Assembly: GCA_937625935.1 (NCBI GenBank)
Contig: OW569364.1
Coordinates: forward strand, 310,001 to 374,000
DNA length: 64,000 nt
Source: Tetramitus jugosus
Taxonomy: Eukaryota; Protista; Heterolobosea
Reading direction: 5' to 3'
Shown here: positions 54,033-64,000 of the stretch, piece by piece
Layout of the letters: each line of letters opens with the position of its first letter
How positions within the stretch are numbered: position 1 is the first letter of the stretch
Notes under the pieces: generated by a model
Seen by the model: only the letters and a program-made list of their open reading frames with translations
What the model was told of the DNA's origin: nothing
Databases searched by the model: none
Program-made: the position numbers and the translations under genes

Positions 54033-55130
54033 TCACCACATTCTTAGTGTTGATGAATGCTTCATTCGAATGGACACCTGCTGATTACCAAGGACCGATA
54101 TGGCTGGACAGTACAAGACTCTTCCTTTTGTTGGAATGTCTTGTACCGTATGAAAGTACTCCTCGTTCTTGAAGAGATGCATACGAGCACTCTCTGACCT
54201 CATCAAATTCTTCAAGTCGAGCACCATTGCTATTGTGTCACCCGTGATAAAGTTAGAGTCTTCAGGCAAAACAACTTTAACAAAATGGGTACGTGAACTG
54301 TCTCTGTGAACCAGGTGATGGGGGACATTAAAACCGATACCTTCCGTGCCATGCCCGATAATCTTGTGATCTCCTTTGGCTTGGACCAAATCGCTTCCCG
54401 CAATTCCTGCGACTACGGGTCCCAGGCCGTCGTAACTTCCAAAATCATCCAGTGTGATTTCCCAACAATGCACCATTCCCATTTCAAGCTTCCTATTGGT
54501 AAGAATAGTGTGCCAATCTTGAGTGCCCTCACATGAGATTGTCTTGTTAAGATTGTGCATTTGAATCTCAGAATCTGGTGCTCTTGTATTCGGATCCCAA
54601 TAGATCATGTTTGAACGAACGAGTTCTCTCCATAAGCAAGCGTTGCGACATGATGCTGGACTTGTTGTCTCTGTGGTCTTCTTCAACATTTTCACTTCTT
54701 CACTGTGAGCTCGAGTGAATTCCTCATAAAAGTGCTGTAGCCCAAGGCGATTGGCAATCAACTTCCACAAGTACCCATCCGTATCTGGGCTCATAACCAA
54801 GTACGATCCTTGTTTACAACTCAATGAGACATGGTACAGCTCTTTCAGTTTCATGAATGTCAACAGGTACGTTTGAAGGTCACATGACAATACCTCAAAA
54901 ATATTGAGAGTCACTTCTTCTTCTTCTTCTTGTGGAGCTGCCAGTTCTTGTTGAAACTGTGATTGGATGCCTTGTTGTTCTTGTGAATTGTTTGCCAATG
55001 TCCTTTGTCGCTTCTAGTTAAAAAATTATAACATTGGTGAGTCCTGCTGAAGCTTAAGCAACATTTGTGACAAAAAAAGTAGACTTACCTTTGGCGAGGG
55101 CTGAGTCGGTCTGCTGTTTTTGCGACGCAT
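54033..55130 (-). CDS. F-box plus SPRY protein (intron 55014-55088)
   Basis: Exon 1 MRRKNSRPTQPSPK|GTAAGT; F-box LSCDLQTYLLTFM..KEL..VSLSCK; SPRY GDTIAMVLDL...YCPAISV. Confidence 0.82.
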
Positions 55131-55280
55131 GGTTGTGGTGCGGTGGATTTTAGTTGTCTTTTCGTTTCGTGGGTAGCTGTACCCAACGAAGGAAATTATC
55201 ACTCAGGATTTCTCCCCCAAATCATTTCGTAGCGACAAATTGCTGGAAGTTTCTGAATCAAAAAACACAACAACGAGAAC

Positions 55281-58200
55281 ATGTTGAGCAGTCTGGGAGG
55301 TACCACCAAAGACAAATACTGGAACAATAATCAAGGGGCTGATGATGAACCCATGACTGTTGAAGCTGACCAACCTCCAACAGGTTCATCTTCACAAGCA
55401 ACAGGTGGTGATCTCACTCTGGACGACATTCAACAAAAAGGAGGAGAAGACGCAGCAGAGGAAGACTCTGGACTACTCAATGTTTGGCAGAGAGATCCAG
55501 AGAGAGAAAGAGACAAGATTCTCGGTTTTTTCATCATTGCTGACCAACCCGTGCCCAGAGACATCTTTCATTTGATCATGTCGTTCATTCCGGCCTATCC
55601 CTTTTATTTCATGTTGAGGTCAGTGTGCTCCCAATGGCTCTACGAATTTCAAGAACAAATCTATGGAAATGTCACGTACTTGAGTCTGGTGGATGACGGC
55701 AGACCAAAGTATTATTTCCGGAAGGGTGATGATGGCAGGGATCAATTGGTTCAGTTTAAGCCTATTGATGCCACTGGAAAAACTTGTCGATTGAGTGATT
55801 CGGGTTTTAAGATTCGAAATTATAACAGAACTCCTGTTTTTGAGTTCTTGGCGAATGTGTTTCCCAATGTGAAGCACCTACGATTGCCTTTTGCCTCATT
55901 CTTAGATCCATCAAACTTCAATAATTGTGTGAAAACTATTTTACCCAAGTTAACTCAACTGGAGACATTGGATGTGCTGGGCACTTCTCAAGCGTATTTG
56001 AAGCGTCACTATTGGAGACATGAGTCGTCGATGAATGAACTCACGTTTGAGATTATTGCTCGCTCGTTGCCAAGTTCGACGAAGAATCTTAACTTTATTG
56101 GTGCTTACTTGAACTTACATTACGGTACGAATGCCCTTAAGATCTTTTCTAAAAAGGGACGATTGACGACAACAGATCTGAATATCCTTCGTTCTTCACC
56201 ATTCAACAATTGGAATTGGATGCCACCAATAACTGTGGATATTCAGCACTTTACTCTGCCTTATGTGTGTTTTAACTCCATGTATTCGATTTACCAGCCG
56301 GATGGCAACTGGGATCACATCAAAGAACTTTACTCACATTTTGATGTGTCAGTGGTTGGATTAAATAATTATCTACCCACTCTACAGGCACCTGTTGTGT
56401 CATATGTTGATTATATGAAGCACATGTCTTTGAAAGAAGGGATTTTCTTATCTCACATGGAGCCCTTTGTGAGTCAGGATACTGATGAAATAATGGAAGC
56501 TACAATTGATATTGCTGTTCGAGAATATCCTTACTTCCGGCCGCTTCTCTCTCTGCCAGCATCGGAGACTGATATCTTACTCGCTCCATACACTAAGCTG
56601 GACGCATCCTTGGTGTACAATAAGGCGAGTACAGGACTCAAGGCTGTGGAGTTACTAACAGATCCTGACCGAATGAAATATCCTGAATTGGTTATGGACA
56701 TCGACAGTACGTTTTATCAACACACACGCTTATCTACTCTCCTCGGTACTTTGATATCGCAATGTGCAACTGAAGAAGAAGTGACCTTGATTAAGACTAT
56801 CATAGAGAATTACCAAGCCTCGATGACTGTCATTGGTGTTCGTAATTATCTGGTCGAATTGATGATTTCTCGTCCTTCCAGTGCTATTCGCACTAGTTTG
56901 ATGAAATACCTCCTGTCTATTAAGCCTGATTTAATAGTTCTTGGAGATTCGGAGGGAATAATTAATAATGACCAAAAAGATCTCCCACTAATCCAGTTGG
57001 TGCTGACTGGGAAGTATGCATCAGATTGTTTGAGCGCTGTCAGATACTTTGCAACGGAAGGTGCTTCACTAACACAGGTGGACAAAGACAAGAACAATGT
57101 TCTTCACTCTGTCAGTAGGTTTGTGCAGTTTAGTTTGCTGAGCTATCTTCTTGCAATGTGTCCTGAGAATTTGATGTACGAAAGAAACAATCAGGGCCAA
57201 ACTCCCCTCGAGCAAATTTTCCAACCGAACTGTTATCATAGAAATCTTGATATTATTGTTCTAATTGAGTTCCTTGACCAGGTATCCAAGTTACCTTGCT
57301 TCAAGGATCAAACGTTGCAAAGTTATCCAACGTCATGTGGCAATTTGCTTCACGTTGCCATGACAAGTCCGCACATTCAAACTATTCAATGGTTACTGAA
57401 ACATAACTTTGATGCGAACGCGTTGAATGCCAGAGGAGAAAATGCTCTGTTCTACTCCAAAACAAGTATCATCAATCAGTATGCTTCTCATTCCATGTCG
57501 AGGAGTAAATCTATTATCAATCAAGAAGACTATGTGGATGACCATGCTGCCGAATTAATAAGGGCGGGAGCAAAAGTTGATATTGAGAACAACATTGGGG
57601 AAACTGTTGTTATAGCAGCACTTCGAAACAAAAACTATTTGCTGATTAACAACATTATCCAACAGCCATCGATCTCCTCCAAGCTGTTGTCAACACTCCT
57701 GGCTCCACGAACGCAACATGGATTCAATGCTTTACATTTTATATTTAGAAAGATGGCAGACGTAACAGATTCATTACCATCCATGGGCAAAAAGCAAACG
57801 GCATTCCGCCTTGGAGACTATCCTGTGGCGAAGCATTGTGCACTTCTCTGTCTTGAGCACTACCCTGAAATGCTCTATGAACGATCTGGACCATCAGACG
57901 AGAACACATTGAAAGATATCTCTGGAATTAGTCCTCTTCAAATTTTGCTCGAAGCATCTCAAGGGTTATTCTTGTTGAATGAGTTATCAATCAAGCTGAG
58001 TGATATTGCCAATATGCCAGTGTTTTCAAGCAAAGATGCCAATGTGGTAGCTCCTATTCCTGTTCTATACCTAGCCTTGGAAGTTGCAATTGATATTCCA
58101 ATGTTCGACAAATTGATGAATTACACGAACGACATACTGGTGAGAGATGAAACACAAGAAACGAAACCGAATCTTTTACATATTGCTGCCGAAAGGGATG

Positions 58201-59324
58201 CCTCTCTATGTCAATGTATCATCAAGCATTGGAAGAAAAGATACAATAGCAAGTTAGAGTTGTCAAAATTGATAAGTATGCCGCTGGAGAATGATAGTGT
58301 TGACGGGCGAAAGCCAAGAAATGCAGCCCTGATAGCTTGCATGTTAGGTAGTTATGAAATCTTTTCAATACTCTGGCCATTAACAAAAGTGTTTTCACCA
58401 CAGTTTGACAATCCAGTTCAGATTGCTTTAGAAAGGAAAGATCATACATTTGCACTATCAGCTGTCATGCATCACGGTGTGATTCCAGCCAAAACTCAAT
58501 TACATCAAATCATTCGGAAATGTTTGGTTCAAAATCGTGTTGATGCTGTTCATGAGAGCAAATTTGTTTCATTATTGATTCAAACTGAAGAGGAACAACC
58601 AAAGCCGTCATGGCTCGAAATGTTGACCCAAACACCATCAGAGGCTAGTGATCCTGAAGAAGAGAGAGACATCCAGTCTTTGAGCACATTGCAACTCGTG
58701 GTATCAACAGTAACTAGCTACATGTTCAGTTGGCTAGTTCGTCACTATAGTGATGATCCATTGTTGGATCATGCTCTCAGACTTACTGACTCCAGAACAG
58801 GAAACACTCTATTGCACATGTTGACGAAAGGTACGCATTCAGGATTAGTCAGTCAGGACTTATCCTCTATTCTGCTTGCTATTGTTGACCGATTCAAGGT
58901 GGAAGGAGTCGCACCAAAGCAAACAAAAAGGAGCACAAAACTTCCTTCTCTTGATCATCTAAACACGAAAGATTTGACAGAGTTTGTCAATATCAAGAAC
59001 AAAATGGGTAGAACTTGTCTCCATAATGTCGCCGTGAGCTCAACACAATGGATTCTGTTTGATCTACTCATCTTTGGAGCCAGCCTCGAGATTAAGGATT
59101 CCGATGGAAAAACACCATTGGAACTAATGAGCAGTGCCTCAGCAACCGAAATTGTTCAAAAATTCTTGGACGTGAAGGATGGAAAGAAACCACAAAAGAA
59201 GAGAAAGGTGGCACAGAAGAAAAAGGTCGAAGCAAGATCTGATGACAGTACTGACGAGGACAACGATGACGATGGAGACTATGGCTCTACGAGCAGAAAG
59301 AGAAGAAGAACGACTCGAAAGTAA
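55281..59324 (+). CDS. F-box, LRR-like and ankyrin-repeat protein
   Basis: PVPRDIFHLIMSFI...LRSVCSQW; FPNVKHLRL/LTQLETLDV; ankyrin motifs GQTPLE, GENALF, GNTLLH, GRTCLH, GKTPLE; basic NLS-like tail. Confidence 0.85.
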   Translation: MLSSLGGTTKDKYWNNNQGADDEPMTVEADQPPTGSSSQATGGDLTLDDIQQKGGEDAAEEDSGLLNVWQRDPERERDKILGFFIIADQPVPRDIFHLIMSFIPAYPFYFMLRSVCSQWLYEFQEQIYGNVTYLSLVDDGRPKYYFRKGDDGRDQLVQFKPIDATGKTCRLSDSGFKIRNYNRTPVFEFLANVFPNVKHLRLPFASFLDPSNFNNCVKTILPKLTQLETLDVLGTSQAYLKRHYWRHESSMNELTFEIIARSLPSSTKNLNFIGAYLNLHYGTNALKIFSKKGRLTTTDLNILRSSPFNNWNWMPPITVDIQHFTLPYVCFNSMYSIYQPDGNWDHIKELYSHFDVSVVGLNNYLPTLQAPVVSYVDYMKHMSLKEGIFLSHMEPFVSQDTDEIMEATIDIAVREYPYFRPLLSLPASETDILLAPYTKLDASLVYNKASTGLKAVELLTDPDRMKYPELVMDIDSTFYQHTRLSTLLGTLISQCATEEEVTLIKTIIENYQASMTVIGVRNYLVELMISRPSSAIRTSLMKYLLSIKPDLIVLGDSEGIINNDQKDLPLIQLVLTGKYASDCLSAVRYFATEGASLTQVDKDKNNVLHSVSRFVQFSLLSYLLAMCPENLMYERNNQGQTPLEQIFQPNCYHRNLDIIVLIEFLDQVSKLPCFKDQTLQSYPTSCGNLLHVAMTSPHIQTIQWLLKHNFDANALNARGENALFYSKTSIINQYASHSMSRSKSIINQEDYVDDHAAELIRAGAKVDIENNIGETVVIAALRNKNYLLINNIIQQPSISSKLLSTLLAPRTQHGFNALHFIFRKMADVTDSLPSMGKKQTAFRLGDYPVAKHCALLCLEHYPEMLYERSGPSDENTLKDISGISPLQILLEASQGLFLLNELSIKLSDIANMPVFSSKDANVVAPIPVLYLALEVAIDIPMFDKLMNYTNDILVRDETQETKPNLLHIAAERDASLCQCIIKHWKKRYNSKLELSKLISMPLENDSVDGRKPRNAALIACMLGSYEIFSILWPLTKVFSPQFDNPVQIALERKDHTFALSAVMHHGVIPAKTQLHQIIRKCLVQNRVDAVHESKFVSLLIQTEEEQPKPSWLEMLTQTPSEASDPEEERDIQSLSTLQLVVSTVTSYMFSWLVRHYSDDPLLDHALRLTDSRTGNTLLHMLTKGTHSGLVSQDLSSILLAIVDRFKVEGVAPKQTKRSTKLPSLDHLNTKDLTEFVNIKNKMGRTCLHNVAVSSTQWILFDLLIFGASLEIKDSDGKTPLELMSSASATEIVQKFLDVKDGKKPQKKRKVAQKKKVEARSDDSTDEDNDDDGDYGSTSRKRRRTTRK

Positions 59325-59383
59325 GTTCCCAAGCTCTACATTATGTGTTATCAATTATTGAGATGCCATTTTGAGAGAGCAAA

Positions 59384-59503
59384 AGCCTACATTACTGAGG
59401 GTTCTCGAGTAGTCTCCTATCTCAATACTAACTCAGCCAGATGGTGCTTAACTTCTCTATTCGAAATGGGAAGAGGTGGTTCCACCATTGTATGAACGTA
59501 GAC
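59384..59503 (-). rRNA. 5S rRNA
   Basis: Minus strand GTCTACGTTCATAC...GAAGTTAAGC...GTTAGTA...GGAGAC...GTAGGCTTTT, 120 nt. Helices GUCUAC/GUAGGC and AUGGUG/CACCAU, boxes A and C, and a T4 terminator are present. Confidence 0.95.
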
Positions 59504-59568
59504 ATCTATCATGTTTTTTCACAGATTTTGCCATTTTCCAAAAAGTAAAATTGAGCTATTTCACCAGA

Positions 59569-59686
59569 ATGGTTCACTACTGACGACTGTCGCGAATGCG
59601 AGAGGTGCAGCATTGGTTGGTGCCTTCCCACCGGCGATTCAGAGCTACTCCGGCGCAGTGGGGTTTTTAAGAACCATCAGCTTTTT
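59569..59686 (+). ncRNA. Candidate cloverleaf ncRNA next to the 5S gene
   Basis: AUGGUUC/GAACCAU and CUACUG/CAGUGG close three hairpins; T5 runs at 59664-59668 and 59682-59686. Confidence 0.35.
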
Positions 59687-59895
59687 GATAAGGATGGAAT
59701 CATTACAATGTCCTACCAAGAAACTAAGTCGAAACTAAGTCAAAGTTTAAGATGTCTGGTATTGGCCAAAAAAAGTACATAAAAATTCGCGCCTTTGCAG
59801 CAAGCCAGTGAAACACTGCTCGTCACCTGACGGTGCCGGGCAGAATCATGACTCACAGTAGTGCATAGAATAAAGTGGCAACAAATGTTGTTTCA

Positions 59896-60252
59896 TCAGA
59901 GCCCAAAATACTTCATCAAATAACCTTGTATGTCGATTGTAAAACGAATTGATTCAGTCGGATCGTATAATTTGGTGTTATCTTTGGTTGTCTTGAAACC
60001 TATTACAGAATGTCGAAATCTACGATGATGTTTGGCGACTTTGTCCGGTATCACGAGTTGTTTGTTCTTCCAAACATCAATCACTAATTGATTCAGTGGA
60101 CTGTCCTACCCAACAAAATATTTGAACTAGCGTGTTTGTTCTCTTTGCCGTACGTTCGAGGCAACTCGATAGAACAGAAACTTAAATAATGCAAGTAGTG
60201 AAGCACGTAATTCTTCATCACAGCAATTTTTACTCCTCAACATGATGGTCAT
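59896..60252 (-). CDS. Small two-exon hypothetical protein (about 102 aa; intron 60106-60153)
   Basis: AAC|GTACGG...GGGTAG|GAC joins MTIMLRSKNCCDEELRASLLALFKFLFYRVASN to ORF 59896-60084 in phase 0. Confidence 0.5.
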
Positions 60253-60407
60253 GTAAAGAAAAATTGCGGGACCTCTCGATGACAGATGCAGTTAACATGA
60301 ACGAGGCCAGTGAAATGGTTTTCCAGTGAGAGTTGAAAGCTACATCGATGATTGCCCTCCCGCGAGGTACTGTGAGCGAGTCAGCTGAATATTGAAAATA
60401 CTTAGGT

Positions 60408-62147
60408 TTATTGATGTTGTGAGGCGAGTAGAAGAGCACCCTTTGGAGCTCCTTGCAACCCATTACGCTTCACATCGTAAATGATGTTGCCACGTAAAAT
60501 GGACATTTGAACCTTTCCTTGGAGCACTCTGTTATGGAATGGTGAGGACTTGTGCTTGTGTTTGAACATGCTCTCTTGGTGCACATCCAACACGAACGAC
60601 TCGGATGAACTCCAGATGACCAAATCACCATCCATGCCAGGTGCAATTCTTCCCTTGACCTTGTCCAATCCGACCAACTTTGCAGGCTCTTCGCACTTCC
60701 ATTTCACGAGATCGTTGAATTTGAATCCTCTAATGATTGCTGGATTGACCATTGCAGACAGAGATACTTCTAATGAAGAGATGCCTCCCCACGATCGCAA
60801 AAAGTCTCCATTCTTCATATCAGTTGGACTTGGACTGTGATCAGAGGTGACCATGCTGAGCACACCTTCTCTCATTGCTTCCCACAACAATTCTTGATTG
60901 GTTGCGTTTCGGATCGGTGGGCAGCACTTGTATTCTGTTGCTCCATCTGGAACTTGCTCCGAATGGAAGTACAAGTAATGTGTGCACGTCTCTGCTGTGA
61001 TATGATCCGACTTTTTTTGTGCTTCACGCAGAATAGGAATGACTTCCGATGCAGCGACATGAACAATATGACATCTAACGCCATACTCCTTCTTGCACAC
61101 GTTCAACACACTTTGAACAGCCTCTGTTTCCATCTCTGGAGGTCTCGTCTTCAAAAAATTAATGTACTTTCGTCCATCGGCAGTCTCAAAAATCATCTTA
61201 TTGTTCTCCTCGACTTCAGGTATCGACACCTCAGCGTGCAACATGTAAACAGCGTTCGTTCCCTGCAACGTCTCCAATGCAACTTGCATATCGTGCTCCG
61301 ACACTGCTGGAAACTCGTCCACACCAGAATGAATCATGAATGACTTGAATCCCAGTACACCAGCCTTCCACAATGGCAACAAGTCTTGTTCGTTGCCCGG
61401 TATGACACCACCGAGGAATCCAACATCCACATATCTCTTTCCCTCGGAAGCTGCCACCTTTTGTTGCAAATTGCTCACATTTGTCGTCGGTGGCAAAGAA
61501 TTCAATGGCATATCAATCACCGTAGTGACTCCACCTGCTGCAGCACCCTTGGTCACTGCTTCAAAGCCTTCCCAATGCGTACGACCTGGTTCATTCATGT
61601 GAACATGCGTATCGACCATACCAGGCATCACAATCGCATCACCAGCATCAATGAACCACCTACAATTCATCTCAAAGGCTCTATTGATCTCACTCTTATC
61701 ATCATGAACATGTTGCGGCGGCAACAATGCATATTTTTCATGTTCATCATTTGACGCAATACGATCAATTTTTCCATTTTTAATAAAAATGGTGGCAGGA
61801 TGCACACCAGACTTGGAATCTGTGATGACTCGATTGCTTCTCACCACTAAAAAATGTGGGCAATTGAGTTTTACGTGTTCTGCTTGTTTTTCTCTGTCGG
61901 CCATTCGTTGACTTAGCTTTCGAATGGTAAAGTCCTCCAAGAGCGGAGAATAAAAATAGAGGAGAATACTGGTGGCGAGAACAAGAATGGTCAATAAGCT
62001 ACTAGTGCTCGTGCGAATGCTTCTACTAGTAGAATATGGCGTTGGTGTTGTCTTTGCGGTTGTTGCTTTTGTGTCATTCACAATTTTTTTTTTATTTTTG
62101 TTGTTGTTGTTGTTGTTGTTGTTGTGGTGTGGTGGCGTCGAACTCAT
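60408..62147 (-). CDS. Allantoinase with N-terminal membrane anchor
   Basis: PGMVDTHVHMNEPGRTHWEGF, DMPLNSLP, GFKSF, ETCTHYL, YKCCPPIR, SDHSP, WGGISSL. Confidence 0.94.
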   Translation of the reverse strand: MSSTPPHHNNNNNNNNKNKKKIVNDTKATTAKTTPTPYSTSRSIRTSTSSLLTILVLATSILLYFYSPLLEDFTIRKLSQRMADREKQAEHVKLNCPHFLVVRSNRVITDSKSGVHPATIFIKNGKIDRIASNDEHEKYALLPPQHVHDDKSEINRAFEMNCRWFIDAGDAIVMPGMVDTHVHMNEPGRTHWEGFEAVTKGAAAGGVTTVIDMPLNSLPPTTNVSNLQQKVAASEGKRYVDVGFLGGVIPGNEQDLLPLWKAGVLGFKSFMIHSGVDEFPAVSEHDMQVALETLQGTNAVYMLHAEVSIPEVEENNKMIFETADGRKYINFLKTRPPEMETEAVQSVLNVCKKEYGVRCHIVHVAASEVIPILREAQKKSDHITAETCTHYLYFHSEQVPDGATEYKCCPPIRNATNQELLWEAMREGVLSMVTSDHSPSPTDMKNGDFLRSWGGISSLEVSLSAMVNPAIIRGFKFNDLVKWKCEEPAKLVGLDKVKGRIAPGMDGDLVIWSSSESFVLDVHQESMFKHKHKSSPFHNRVLQGKVQMSILRGNIIYDVKRNGLQGAPKGALLLASQHQ

Positions 62148-62709
62148 TTTTTTGATATCCTATCCTATTGATTGAAACAAGACTAAAGAAAATGAATTTT
62201 GTTTTATGTTCGTTTGATTGGTTTTTTTTGGCAAGAGCTTTTCACTGTTATGAGAGCGGAAAATTAGAACGACATGTCGCTCTAAATTCTCCTGAGTGAT
62301 TCTTTGTGGATTTTGTAAGTAGACACCTTGATATCGTTGTCTTGAGAACTGATATGCAAAAGTGGCATTTCCATCCTTCACTTCTAACTTTTTGCCCAAG
62401 CCATTATCAACAATAACCCATTTTCCACCTAATAGTGGGTACAGTCCAATTGCACAATGAGTTTCTTTGAAAGCATCACCAGTTTCAGGAAAGACATGAA
62501 GAGTGCAATCCATGCCTGTAATACACTTTACAGCAACCGAACAGAACCTTTCTCTCAACTTCTGGACACGATGCGAGCGTTGTTAGAGCTTTCAACGATT
62601 CAATAGTACAATCACCACGTCCATGAGCTAACAATTTGTCCAAATCATTGTTCTTGGTATCATCAAAAGGCTGTTTAAATCTTAAGAAATAAACGCATGC
62701 AAGATAAAG

Positions 62710-63046
62710 AACAGATCAAGACATCTTACGCGAGGTTGTCGCAACAGCGAAAAACCCCAATGTACGACAATTCAATCAATGGCAAGAAGCCACAAAGCTG
62801 GATCATGAGCAGTTGATTAAGTTGATTGAAGGTCTTCAAGAACAAGAGAGGAACTATGAGGAAAAAATGTCAAACGAAAAAATCGACCAGCTCTTCGCTC
62901 TGTTGAAAGAACTCGAGAAAGATAACAGAGTTAATCGTGATGACGGAGGAGCATTGTCCACAGGGCAATACCAAGTTAAAAGTGCCATTTTTCACCTACA
63001 AAGAGCCTTGCAAGATCTGAAGTCTAAGGGGCATTTATCAAAGTAA
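62710..63046 (+). CDS. Terminal exon of a small coiled-coil protein; start unresolved
   Basis: Frame open upstream of 62813 to a putative AG acceptor near 62714; helical sequence. Confidence 0.3.
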
Positions 63047-63123
63047 TGTTCGGGCACATATTCAGATCTTCCAAACATTGCCAGTTGTTGTCCAATAAAA
63101 CACCCACCACTACCGTATCTACC

Positions 63124-64000
63124 TTAATAGTTGTAAACATTGTCAACTGCGAACAATTGAGGAGCACAACTTTGTGAAGAAAGGGTAATCTTGGTCTTGC
63201 CATCAACTGTAGTGCCTTCATCAACAGAGGATTGCTTGTTGTATCCAGAGCCGAATCCGAAACCGAATACTCTGAATCCACTGCTGACAGCAGTGCGCGT
63301 GTTCTGCTTGAAGGTATCCTTCTTGCTAGATTCAACCCAGAAACTAATTGTTGGATTGACAGCGACATAGATACCACGAGGCATCAATGTCAAAGTCGAA
63401 GTGCTATCACCAAAGAATTGAGCAATAGGTGAGTATGACTCTCTCTGGTTATATCTAAAGTCTCTGATTGCACTAGAGGAGTACCATTCGCCAGGGAACA
63501 ATGGAATATACTTGTAATCAGCAAATGCAATCTCAACGCCACCAAAGTTAGTGATATCCATTGTGGTAACAGTAGTTTGCTCGTGATTAATCTTCTTCTT
63601 GAAGATCCACTTGCCCTTGGTTGTTTGCCATCTGACAGTCTCCATTGTGTTCTTCCAGTTGTGATAATCATACTTGAATGACATGGATTTGGATTGTCCG
63701 ACCAGTGGTCTGTTTTCCATTTGAGACTTTAAGCACTCGTATTCCATCTCTCTCAATGAATGCAACTTTTTGAATCCGTTGAGTGCGTTGGACATTCCTT
63801 GAGCCATACCCAATGCAACAGCTGCTGCATAGGTTGGATTGTTGCCTGCTGCGGCCTGTTCTCTACCCAACTGTGCGTACATTTCCATTTCGGCACGTGT
63901 AACTTCAGGACACATTGCAATTCTAAACTGTTCCATATCGAAACGAGCAGTAATCATTGCAGAGGCAGTCGAATACTTGTATGTACAATTGTTCATTGCG
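63124..64000 (-). CDS. 3' part of an uncharacterised protein with alternating Ser/Thr/Gly beta-hairpin segments (5' end probably outside window)
   Basis: 290-aa ORF reaching the window edge; PGEWY...FFGD...LMPRGIYVAVNPTI...SGFRVFGFGFGSGY...PQLFAV. Confidence 0.6.
   Translation of the reverse strand, partial: AMNNCTYKYSTASAMITARFDMEQFRIAMCPEVTRAEMEMYAQLGREQAAAGNNPTYAAAVALGMAQGMSNALNGFKKLHSLREMEYECLKSQMENRPLVGQSKSMSFKYDYHNWKNTMETVRWQTTKGKWIFKKKINHEQTTVTTMDITNFGGVEIAFADYKYIPLFPGEWYSSSAIRDFRYNQRESYSPIAQFFGDSTSTLTLMPRGIYVAVNPTISFWVESSKKDTFKQNTRTAVSSGFRVFGFGFGSGYNKQSSVDEGTTVDGKTKITLSSQSCAPQLFAVDNVYNY

Noticed and set aside
55081-55095. U1 snRNA-like ACTTACCT
   Set aside because: It is the reverse complement of the AG|GTAAGT donor of the F-box-SPRY intron.
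59659-59670. Telomerase-template-like AAAAACCCC
   Set aside because: Only one repeat unit, the telomere sequence is unknown and no pseudoknot is evident.
59815-59835. SRP helix-8-like UCAGG..AGCAG on the minus strand
   Set aside because: It lacks the GNRA-capped stem and the surrounding S domain.
62160-62690. Minus-strand 132-aa ORF and an upstream shifted frame as a pseudogene
   Set aside because: No recognisable homology; it cannot be told apart from the antisense of the unresolved plus-strand gene.

Overview
Gene-dense eukaryotic genomic DNA from a protist. It is AT-rich, uses the standard code, has short GT-AG introns (mostly 50-170 nt) and AAC/GAT low-complexity tracts. The BTB-SPRY, F-box-SPRY, RCC1-tail and leishmanolysin families suggest a heterolobosean/discoban amoeboflagellate (inference). 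About 35 protein genes are present, including DCP2, NOP14, mitochondrial bL28m, FANCM, fRMsr, METTL18, NDUFV2, NDUFB2-like, HMCES, ARIADNE, GP63, a NIPA-like transporter, PAP2, an atypical MAPK, an MFS carrier, CNNM, two tandem Ras genes, PRODH, a GT54-like transferase, DCAF4-like, RCC1, POP5, F-box proteins and allantoinase. Two RNA genes missing from the ORF track were read directly: tRNA-Ser(AGA) (2615-2697, -) and a solitary 5S rRNA (59384-59503, -). The most notable observations are: (i) a Dicer/Drosha-like tandem RNase III protein with the catalytic acidic residues lost in both domains; (ii) several unexplained ~110-210-nt structured intergenic elements, including a tandem pair sharing a flanking motif (3555-3992) and a cloverleaf next to the 5S gene; (iii) an SxY MAPK, a membrane-anchored degenerate 2H phosphoesterase, a bacterial-type methyltransferase and a candidate beta-pore-forming protein. 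No CRISPR array or intact transposon was seen. All folds and homologies were judged by eye.
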